Shown in pieces: positions 20,130 to 27,808 of a stretch of 64,000 bases of DNA (position 1 is the stretch's first letter; each line of letters starts with the position of its first letter). The position numbers were made by a program, and so were the translations under genes. The DNA lies in NCBI GenBank assembly GCA_051893615.1, contig JBJFHM010000034.1, positions 76,416 through 140,415 on the forward strand, read 5' to 3'. The DNA is from Oscillospiraceae bacterium. GTDB lineage: Bacteria > Bacillota > Clostridia > Oscillospirales > Ruminococcaceae. Below the pieces are notes generated by a model, which was not told where the DNA came from, did no database searches, and worked only from the letters and a program-made list of their open reading frames with translations.

Positions 20130-21110
20130 TTGAATAAAATAGATATTACTGAAAACGTTAAGCCTAAAAAAAAGCAAATCAATGTAAAGGGTATCTGTGG
20201 GATTTTAGTATTAGCTATAGTAATTCTTTTCTTTGGCGATATGGTTTACAGAAAAGCCACTAGAACCCAAAATATAGAAGATACTAGTTATGTAGTAATC
20301 ACAGATGAGACTCAAACCACTACTATAGATTTAAATTCCCCTACTAATGATGATAGCACACCATCTACTACCAACGAAATAGATACTTCAATCTACAACG
20401 TAGTGACTAAGACTAAACAGGATTTAAGTCTTGGAGCGTTAGCAATCATTAACGTCAATCACCCTACTAACTTCCCCGATATTTCCTCTAAACTTTCGGA
20501 CTTTTATTCATCAATAGGAAACGGTTATAAGATGGCTAACTTTAACATAAAAGTCTGCGAAGATGCCCTTGAACCCTTTAACAGCATGATGAATGATTTC
20601 TATACTACTTACAATATAAACTATGTTACCGTAGTAGATGGCTATATAGACCAATCTACTGACACTAGTAATGGCACTTCTGATAATAACTCGGGTTATG
20701 CTGTAAACTTTAAACTAGTAACAGATAGTCAAATCTTAGACTTTGATGGTACTGGTGACTACTCTTGGATTGAAGAAAATTGTTACAAGTATGGTTTTAT
20801 CCTTAGATATCCTGAAAAAGATAGTGCTACCACTGGATATCCTTACACACCTAATCACTTTAGATATGTTGGTATACCTCATTCTAACATTATGCAAGAT
20901 AAGGAACTCTGTCTTGAAGATTACATAGAATTTTTAAAAACTTATGATTTCTATAGTGAACATCTATATCTATCAATTAGTGATATGAATTATGAAATCT
21001 ACTACGTAAAGGCTGAAGATGGCTCTACTGATATTCCTGTCCCTAAAGATAAGTATTATATAATATCGGGTAACAATATCGATGGATTTATAGTTACCGT
21101 GATTACATAG
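20130..21110 (+). CDS. membrane-anchored VanY/LdcB-like (M15B) carboxypeptidase homolog with substituted catalytic motifs
   Basis: TTG start after AAGGAG, followed by an N-terminal TM helix. Family region WIEENCYKYGFILRYP...HFRYVG is present. However, SxHxxGxAxD reads SDNNSGYAVN and ExxH reads TPNH. Confidence 0.7.
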   Translation: MNKIDITENVKPKKKQINVKGICGILVLAIVILFFGDMVYRKATRTQNIEDTSYVVITDETQTTTIDLNSPTNDDSTPSTTNEIDTSIYNVVTKTKQDLSLGALAIINVNHPTNFPDISSKLSDFYSSIGNGYKMANFNIKVCEDALEPFNSMMNDFYTTYNINYVTVVDGYIDQSTDTSNGTSDNNSGYAVNFKLVTDSQILDFDGTGDYSWIEENCYKYGFILRYPEKDSATTGYPYTPNHFRYVGIPHSNIMQDKELCLEDYIEFLKTYDFYSEHLYLSISDMNYEIYYVKAEDGSTDIPVPKDKYYIISGNNIDGFIVTVIT

Positions 21111-21122
21111 ATATCTACAATG

Positions 21123-22367
21123 TTAAAAACTTATGATAAATATCGGATTTTCTGCCTTTAACATATTATACTTAGATACCTTATTAATGTGAGTAATCCC
21201 CACTTGTGTGATATCATAATCTTTTATGTTTCTAAAACTTAGATAATCTAGAGTTTGGGTTAAAGTTTCAAGCGTCACGCAGTTAAGAACCACCCTAACA
21301 TTTGGATTTTTTTCTAAGGCTACATCTAAAATCTTGGATAACTCTCCACCACTTCCACCAATAAAGATTATATTCGGCATGGGTAAATTTTGGATAACTT
21401 TTTCAGCGTTATCCTCTATGATTTCTACGTTCGATAACCTAAACTTCTTACAATTATCTTTGATAAGCTCCACACCTTCATGATTTTTCTCAACGGCATA
21501 AACCTTTCCATTAGAACATAACATAGCCATCTCAACAGATACTGAACCTGTACCTGCTCCTATATCCCAACAGATAGAAGTCTCCTCTATGTTGCACTTC
21601 GATATACTTACTGCCCTAATCTCCGATTTAGTCATGGGAACTTTACCTCTAATAAATTCACTATCAGGGATACCAATCCTTGTGACGTTCTTTGCGTTTG
21701 GATTTTCTATATACATAATACTAAGAGTTGAAAACTCTTTACCTATAAAATCCCATGGTTTACCTTGAGATATTTTTTCACCCTCTTGTGATAAGTTCTC
21801 CCCTATGATAATATCAACTTCAAGATTATAATATATTAAACTGTTACAGACTTCCTCAACATTTCCACCAGTCAATAAGAATACTTTACTATTCCTATCT
21901 ATGGCAGATATATAGTTACACTCTCGTCCATGGATACTTAAAATTTTACTACCATTCCAAGATACTCCAATCTTAGAAGATAAGTAACTAACACTAGATA
22001 TCCCACTATGCACCACTACGTTATGATGTTTAATCAATGGGAGAAGTTTATCAGTACCACTAAAAAAGCCCGTATCACCAGACATCAAGATTACATAGTT
22101 TTGATAATTAGAGTTTTCTATATAGTTAGAGATATCATTAGGAATATAGGAAGTATACTTACTGTCATGATTAAACATATCAAGCATACGTTTAGCACCT
22201 ATTAAAACGTCACTATCCTTGATGGTTTCTATCACCTTTTGGGATAAGTCTTGAACGTTGCCCATTCCAACGCCTATTATAGATATATTTTTAATGTTAA
22301 TCTTCCTTTCTAAGTATTTTGTAAGGTATCTAAGTAGTTGATGGTATCTTTTAAAGTTAGACCACAC
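21123..22367 (-). CDS. cbiET: cobalt-precorrin-6B/7 C5,C15-methyltransferase (decarboxylating), fused CbiE-CbiT
   Basis: N-terminal tetrapyrrole methylase (IIGVGMG) and a C-terminal CbiT-type SAM methyltransferase (WDIGAGTGSVS). The true start is uncertain because the first ~20 codons overlap cbiJ. Confidence 0.88.
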   Translation of the reverse strand: MWSNFKRYHQLLRYLTKYLERKINIKNISIIGVGMGNVQDLSQKVIETIKDSDVLIGAKRMLDMFNHDSKYTSYIPNDISNYIENSNYQNYVILMSGDTGFFSGTDKLLPLIKHHNVVVHSGISSVSYLSSKIGVSWNGSKILSIHGRECNYISAIDRNSKVFLLTGGNVEEVCNSLIYYNLEVDIIIGENLSQEGEKISQGKPWDFIGKEFSTLSIMYIENPNAKNVTRIGIPDSEFIRGKVPMTKSEIRAVSISKCNIEETSICWDIGAGTGSVSVEMAMLCSNGKVYAVEKNHEGVELIKDNCKKFRLSNVEIIEDNAEKVIQNLPMPNIIFIGGSGGELSKILDVALEKNPNVRVVLNCVTLETLTQTLDYLSFRNIKDYDITQVGITHINKVSKYNMLKAENPIFIISF

Positions 22368-23053
22368 TCATCTGTTGGGCGTGATATCACTACTGGAATA
22401 ACTCCCCTAACCTTACACGCAGATATCTTTTCTAAAAATCCACCAACAGAACCACTTTCCTTAGTTACTAGATACTTCGCCTTGGATTTCCATATATGTG
22501 ATATGTTAGTATCTAAATCACAAGCACCACTATTTAAAATTATGTGATTATATCCTAAAGTTTTGCTTTCCTCTATCGATTGTGTATTATCTAAAATTCT
22601 AGCGAAAATCCTCTCTTGATAGTCTTCTATTTGAGTGAAATCTTTTAAATTTTTAACCCCAGTAGTTAAAAGGATATTCCCATTAGTAGATTTCAAATAT
22701 TCTACTGCCGATTGTACACTATCCACTACTACACAGATTTTATCCAGTGGTTGAGGTTCTCTCAATATCCTTAGATATTTAACTTTTAAAGTATCACAAG
22801 CCGATTTTATGTTTCTAGTAACGATATCTGCGTATGGGTGAGTAGCATCTAAAACTAGAGTATATCCACCATTGGATATCAAATACTTGATATCTTCAAA
22901 AGTTTTTCTCCCCTCTATGATTTCAATCCCTTTAGATAGGTAATCTTTAGCATAGTTTGTGGCAACACACACACAGAATTGAAAACCTCTATTATACAAA
23001 TATTCAGAAATTTCTCTCCCCTCAGATGTTCCACCAAATAATAAAATTCTCAT
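22310..23053 (-). CDS. cbiJ: cobalt-precorrin-6A reductase
   Basis: 247 aa. MRILLFGGTSEGR N-terminus is typical of CbiJ/CobK. Operon context. Confidence 0.88.
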   Translation of the reverse strand: MRILLFGGTSEGREISEYLYNRGFQFCVCVATNYAKDYLSKGIEIIEGRKTFEDIKYLISNGGYTLVLDATHPYADIVTRNIKSACDTLKVKYLRILREPQPLDKICVVVDSVQSAVEYLKSTNGNILLTTGVKNLKDFTQIEDYQERIFARILDNTQSIEESKTLGYNHIILNSGACDLDTNISHIWKSKAKYLVTKESGSVGGFLEKISACKVRGVIPVVISRPTDECGLTLKDTINYLDTLQNT

Positions 23054-23093
23054 TAAATATCACCTTAAAATATTAATTGTTAATTATTAAATA

Positions 23094-23819
23094 TTAATTA
23101 ATAATGTAACCTCTAGGAGTAATCATTTTATTGTTTATCACTTTAGTTTGATAGTTCCCAATATATACAGTAGTGAACATATCCACAGAAGAGTTTTTTA
23201 ACTCACTAAGAGTTAGAATTTTATAGCTTTCACCCTCACGCCCAATATTTTGAGCGTATCCACAGATGGTAGAACCATCACGATATTTTAGAACTATATC
23301 ACAAGCCCATGATAGATAATCTGCCCTCTTCTTACTACTTGGATTGTACAAACATATCACAAAATCGCCAATACAAGCACCCTCAAGGCGTTTGGATATC
23401 ACTTCTTTAGGGGTTAAAAGGTCGCTAAGGCTGATTACTGCAAAATCATTAGTAAGTGGAGAACCCATCAAAGCCCCCCCAGAGATTGCACTCGTTACCC
23501 CTGATACTACCTTAATATCTATTGGTGGATAACTCTCTGCCAACTCATAGACTAAACTTGCCATTCCATAGATACCACTATCACCACTACACACTAAGGC
23601 GATATCCTTACCTTTTAGAGTTTCCTCAATGGCTAATTTGCACCTATCGATTTCTTTTTTCATTCCAGTGGACAAGTACTCCTTATTTGGATAGTACTGT
23701 TTAATCAAATCCGTATAGACCGTATATCCGATAATAGTGTCGGATTTTTCAATACTCTCTTTGGCTTGGATAGTCATATTTTCATAATTACCACAACCAA
23801 ATCCGATTATATATAACAT
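23094..23819 (-). CDS. cbiH: cobalt-precorrin-3B C17-methyltransferase
   Basis: Tetrapyrrole methylase fold (IIGFGCGNYENMT, SGDSGIYGMA). 241 aa. Confidence 0.88.
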   Translation of the reverse strand: MLYIIGFGCGNYENMTIQAKESIEKSDTIIGYTVYTDLIKQYYPNKEYLSTGMKKEIDRCKLAIEETLKGKDIALVCSGDSGIYGMASLVYELAESYPPIDIKVVSGVTSAISGGALMGSPLTNDFAVISLSDLLTPKEVISKRLEGACIGDFVICLYNPSSKKRADYLSWACDIVLKYRDGSTICGYAQNIGREGESYKILTLSELKNSSVDMFTTVYIGNYQTKVINNKMITPRGYIIN

Positions 23820-23835
23820 CTTTATTTTACCTCCC

Positions 23836-24216
23836 TTATAGATTTAAATTAAAATAGTTTTTGTAATAATCGATAAAATCGTTTACGATGGCATTTCTAT
23901 CAGCAATGCTACCATTTTCAAGATTTTCAATCCATTGATAATCTACCATACAACCAACGTCCATGTTGATGCTATACTTTGCCTTTTTGATTAGTTCAAC
24001 ATCTTGGATATTGCCTATACAGTAAAGATATCCACATAGAAAACGGATATATTCACTGCTACCTTCATGATAATTCCCTATTTCATTCTGTAATAGTTCT
24101 ATAATCTCATTATGATACTTTTCTGAAAAATCGAAATTGAACTTTTTAGCCAAAATTTCTGCACGTTGTTCATTATAGTCAAAATCATCATCACAAGAAA
24201 ACATTTCTAAAAACAT
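23836..24216 (-). CDS. hypothetical protein (126 aa)
   Basis: ORF with RBS TGAGGTG. No motif recognised. It lies between the 142-aa ORF and cbiH with 9-nt and 16-nt gaps. Confidence 0.6.
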   Translation of the reverse strand: MFLEMFSCDDDFDYNEQRAEILAKKFNFDFSEKYHNEIIELLQNEIGNYHEGSSEYIRFLCGYLYCIGNIQDVELIKKAKYSINMDVGCMVDYQWIENLENGSIADRNAIVNDFIDYYKNYFNLNL

Positions 24217-24225
24217 CTAAACACC

Positions 24226-24654
24226 TCATTTATAACCATATATGGTATAGATACCATTTTTATTATCATACTCAAACGGTATATGATACTTTTCTAATAC
24301 TTGAATTAGTTCCTTTTCGCAATCGTGAAGGATTTTTTTATATATAAGTTGTCCCCCGACCTTTTCCCAGTATCTAGGATAGATTTTAACCCATTCAATA
24401 AATTTGTAATAATAGGGAGTAAAGGTTTCATCATCGTAGTAATCTTCATGGTAGATAGTTTGATTTTTAATCGCATTAATAAGATAATCTTCACTTGGTT
24501 GTTCAAGATACTTTATATCATAAGGTGGTTGAAAAGGCATTTCATCATTCATAGCATTAACGAACTTATTCCATTTAGTATCATTCATGTAAGAGGTTAG
24601 ATTATTCTCCTCAAGATATTTTAAAAGCTTCTTTCTATCCTCATAGATATTCAC
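24226..24654 (-). CDS. hypothetical protein (142 aa)
   Basis: GTG start preceded by AAGGGAG. Tyr/Trp-rich, no TM helix, no motif recognised. Confidence 0.6.
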   Translation of the reverse strand: MNIYEDRKKLLKYLEENNLTSYMNDTKWNKFVNAMNDEMPFQPPYDIKYLEQPSEDYLINAIKNQTIYHEDYYDDETFTPYYYKFIEWVKIYPRYWEKVGGQLIYKKILHDCEKELIQVLEKYHIPFEYDNKNGIYTIYGYK

Positions 24655-24688
24655 ACAATCACTCCCTTATTGATATATTATAACACAT

Positions 24689-24725
24689 CAAAAAAAGAAA
24701 AGCCACTAAAATTAGCGACTTTTCT
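24689..24725 (-). terminator. intrinsic terminator of the Fe-ADH gene
   Basis: Minus strand: AGAAAAGUCGCU AAUUUU AGUGGCUUUUCU followed by UUUUUUGA. Confidence 0.8.
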
Positions 24726-24761
24726 AAATTTATGAGGAACACTTAAGAAAAAGAAATCTAA

Positions 24762-25943
24762 TTAAAAGGTTACTGGAGTACCATAGTATGTACAAGTCAA
24801 TAGCTTTTCCATCTCTGCAGGGGTGATAGGTCTTGGATTAGAACCAGTACAAGCATCACCTACAGCAAGTTCAGCAATCTTGGATACTTTCTCTTTAAAT
24901 TCATCTTCATTAACGCCAAACTCTTGTAAAGTCTTAGGAATGTTCAACTTAACGTTGTAAGCGTTAATCTTATCGATAAGAGCATCTACAAGAGCCTTAT
25001 CAGTAGAACCAGATAAGTTCAAAGATTTTGCAATCTGAGCATAACGTTTTTCAGCAGTCTTATCCTTAGCGTTGTACTTGATTACATATGGTAGATAGAT
25101 AGCATTTGCACAACCATGTGGAATATGTCCAGTAGAGAACGCAGCACCAGTCTTATGTGCCATGGAGTGTACTATTCCTAACAAAGCGTTGGAAAATGCC
25201 ATACCTGCTAAACATTGAGCATAGTGCATCTGTTCACGAGCTTCCATGTTACCATTGTAACTATCAGGAAGATAGTCAAATACCATTTCGATAGCCTTCA
25301 ATGCTAGAGGGTCAGTGAATGCACAGTTTAACGTAGATACGTAAGCCTCTATAGCGTGAGTTAAAGCGTCCATACCAGTGTGTGCTACTAGTTTTGGAGG
25401 CATAGTCTCAGCTATTACAGGGTCTACTATGGCAACGTCTGGAGTAATGTTAAAGTCTGCTAGTGGATACTTAACTCCAGTTTGATAGTTGGTAATTACT
25501 GAAAATGCAGTAACCTCTGTAGCAGTTCCAGATGTAGATGGTATAGCCACAAACTTAGCTTTCTGTCTTAAAGTTGGGAAGTTAAAAGGTACTATCAAAT
25601 CTTCAAAAGTAGTTTCAGGATATTCATAGAATGCCCACATAGCCTTAGCTGCATCTATTGGAGAACCTCCACCCATAGCCACGATAACGTCAGGTTGGAA
25701 CTCTCTCATAACTTCAGCACCCTTCATAACTGTCTCCACAGATGGGTCTGGTTCAACACCTTCAAAGAGTTTAACTTCCATACCTGCTTCTTGTAGTAGA
25801 GAAACTGCCTTATCTAAGAAACCGAAACGTTTCATAGAACCACCACCTACTACCACGATTGCCTTAGTTCCTTTGATATTCTTCAACTCTTCAAGAGAAC
25901 CCTTGCCATGATATACATCTCTAGGTAAAGTAAAACGAGCCAT
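24762..25943 (-). CDS. iron-containing (group III) alcohol dehydrogenase
   Basis: 393 aa. GGGSPIDAAK NAD motif and metal-binding His cluster (HAIEAY, HSMAHKTG, HGCANA). Confidence 0.9.
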   Translation of the reverse strand: MARFTLPRDVYHGKGSLEELKNIKGTKAIVVVGGGSMKRFGFLDKAVSLLQEAGMEVKLFEGVEPDPSVETVMKGAEVMREFQPDVIVAMGGGSPIDAAKAMWAFYEYPETTFEDLIVPFNFPTLRQKAKFVAIPSTSGTATEVTAFSVITNYQTGVKYPLADFNITPDVAIVDPVIAETMPPKLVAHTGMDALTHAIEAYVSTLNCAFTDPLALKAIEMVFDYLPDSYNGNMEAREQMHYAQCLAGMAFSNALLGIVHSMAHKTGAAFSTGHIPHGCANAIYLPYVIKYNAKDKTAEKRYAQIAKSLNLSGSTDKALVDALIDKINAYNVKLNIPKTLQEFGVNEDEFKEKVSKIAELAVGDACTGSNPRPITPAEMEKLLTCTYYGTPVTF

Positions 25944-26162
25944 TTTTTAAAGACCTCCTAAAAATTATGATTTTTGTATTCTTTCGATAAAATTACCGAT
26001 TCGTTCAAGATAATTATATCACACTTGCACAAATACAGGTAATATAAAATTGGAATATCTTATATGATTTTATTCATATATCATATTCATGTATTACTTG
26101 AAATTTAAGATATATTATGATATAATTATATAAGAATATTTTAAACTAAGGAGCTTTTATCT

Positions 26163-27509
26163 ATGAGTATACTTATAACTTGTATTACTACTTTTTTAGT
26201 TGCTTTGGTTCCTGCTGTTGCGTTGGCAATCATCACGGATATGGTTAAAAACAAATCCATAAAACCAACGTTTGATAACTTTGTAAAGTATGTTCTATTT
26301 TACGTTTATATAATCAGTGTTATATATTTAACTATGTTTAGAAATAGAAACATGAACGGCATCAACAACGATTTTATTGGAGTTAATTTCCAACTCTTTT
26401 CATCATATATAAGTGCTTGGTACTCAACCGATTATATTACTTGGCAAAATATAATATTGAATATAATTATGACTATCCCTCTAGGATTTTTCTTAGGGTT
26501 AAAGTTCAAAAATAAGCCTTTCTTTCCTATCTTGATAACTATACTTAGCACAGTAGTTATAGAGGTTACTCAACTAATCACTGGATTAGGTGAGTTTGAA
26601 GTAGATGATATCTTTAATAACTTTGTTGGTGGTCTCTTTGGATACTCTGTATATATTCTATACTCCCGATATAAAGGAAAAATCTTAAAGACGTTTTCTA
26701 TCATAATAGTTGCGATAGTTCCATGTACTTTCTTAGGATTTTTCATAAAGTATCAAACTCAAGAGTTTGGAAACTTTACTAATCGTTACATAACATATAA
26801 TGATACTTCTAATGTGGAATTTAGTTCAATCCCATTAGATGATACATCTAAGACCTTACCAGTATATAAGAGTGAACTTCTAACCATGAAGGAACTTCGA
26901 CAATATGGAGATGATTTCTTAAACAGTCTATCTCTACTAGATGAAGTCTCATTTATTGATGACGACTACCAAGATTTAGTAGTATATCGTGGAACGTTTG
27001 GATATCTTAACTTAAACTTAGATAAAACCTATATGATGACACTAAATAATCTTAAAAAAGATTTATCCACTATGACTGCCGATGAAGTAAAATCTATGCT
27101 CAATGAATATTTTAACGTAGATATCAATATTTTAAACTATGCAACTTATACTGTAAATAATAACTACTATACCATCAATATAGATAATGTAGAATATGAT
27201 AACTACATCTATAATGGAAGTATTGAACTATCCAACTATAATGATAACACTATAAACATAGATTACAATGTATTAGAAACTAAATTCTATAAAAATATAG
27301 ATACCATCTCTGAACAAGATGCCTATACACTACTCACTAAAGGAAAATCTAATCTATATACCAAAGATGTAACCTCAGCCAAACTTACAGATATATCTAT
27401 AGTATACCAATCCGATAGTAAGGGATTTTACAGACCAACCTATGAACTTACAATAGATACTAACTTGAGATACAATACAACTGCATATATCTATGATATA
27501 ATTCAATAA
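26163..27509 (+). CDS. VanZ-like membrane protein with a long C-terminal extracytoplasmic domain
   Basis: Multi-TM N-terminal half with VanZ-like segments (NIIMTIPLGFFLG, EVTQLITGLGEFEVDDIFNNFVGGLFGY). RBS AAGGAG. Confidence 0.65.
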   Translation: MSILITCITTFLVALVPAVALAIITDMVKNKSIKPTFDNFVKYVLFYVYIISVIYLTMFRNRNMNGINNDFIGVNFQLFSSYISAWYSTDYITWQNIILNIIMTIPLGFFLGLKFKNKPFFPILITILSTVVIEVTQLITGLGEFEVDDIFNNFVGGLFGYSVYILYSRYKGKILKTFSIIIVAIVPCTFLGFFIKYQTQEFGNFTNRYITYNDTSNVEFSSIPLDDTSKTLPVYKSELLTMKELRQYGDDFLNSLSLLDEVSFIDDDYQDLVVYRGTFGYLNLNLDKTYMMTLNNLKKDLSTMTADEVKSMLNEYFNVDINILNYATYTVNNNYYTINIDNVEYDNYIYNGSIELSNYNDNTINIDYNVLETKFYKNIDTISEQDAYTLLTKGKSNLYTKDVTSAKLTDISIVYQSDSKGFYRPTYELTIDTNLRYNTTAYIYDIIQ

Positions 27510-27574
27510 ATATTAATTTTTTATTAATATTCTGTAAAATATTTATTAACGGACATACATATGTCAACCACATA

Positions 27575-27583
27575 TGATATAAT
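27575..27583 (+). promoter_or_regulatory. candidate extended -10 promoter (TGATATAAT) of the mini-ORF unit
   Basis: TGnTATAAT lies 32 nt upstream of the first mini-ORF ATG. Confidence 0.4.
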
Positions 27584-27614
27584 TATATTAATAACTATAC
27601 AAGGGGTGTTTACT

Positions 27615-27641
27615 ATGCCAATCGAAATCGGATGGGACTAA
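27615..27641 (+). CDS. mini-ORF 1 (8 codons, MPIEIGWD)
   Basis: SD AAGGGGTG, then a 6-nt spacer, then ATG CCA ATC GAA ATC GGA TGG GAC TAA. Its first 6 codons are paralogous to mini-ORF 2. Below the ORF-track size cutoff. Confidence 0.35.
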   Translation: MPIEIGWD

Positions 27642-27716
27642 AAGAGAGTATCAATAAAAATGATTTTGTAAAACAGGATATCATCATACTAATGACTACT
27701 TAAGGAGGTGTTTAAT

Positions 27717-27758
27717 ATGCCAATTGAAATCGGAGGAAGTAGCGAATATAAATATTAA
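27717..27758 (+). CDS. mini-ORF 2 (13 codons, MPIEIGGSSEYKY)
   Basis: SD AAGGAGGTG, then a 6-nt spacer, then ATG CCA ATT GAA ATC GGA GGA AGT AGC GAA TAT AAA TAT TAA. A terminator follows immediately. Confidence 0.35.
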   Translation: MPIEIGGSSEYKY

Positions 27759-27760
27759 AA

Positions 27761-27792
27761 AATAGGGCATCAATTAAGATGCCCTATTTTTA
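27761..27792. terminator. bidirectional intrinsic terminator (mini-ORF unit and convergent nfnB)
   Basis: AATAGGGCAT CAATTAAG ATGCCCTATT with TTTT downstream and AAAAA upstream. Confidence 0.85.
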
Positions 27793-27808
27793 TATATCTA
27801 AAGAGTTA

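Noticed and set aside
19970-20182. A 70-aa minus-strand ORF in the ATPase/vanY divergent region.
   Set aside because: It spans the vanY-like promoter, RBS and start. It has no RBS of its own, and its composition looks like translated AT-rich promoter DNA.
27561-27641. A longer 26-aa reading of mini-ORF 1 (MSTTYDIIILITIQGVFTMPIEIGWD), in frame from ATG 27561 and containing a hydrophobic stretch that could suggest a type-I-toxin-like peptide.
   Set aside because: There is no SD before ATG 27561. The best promoter element (TGATATAAT, 27575-27583) lies inside it, so the transcript would probably start downstream. The strong SD is placed for the internal ATG. The second copy has an in-frame TGA upstream, so the extension is not shared. 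This remains an alternative to test.
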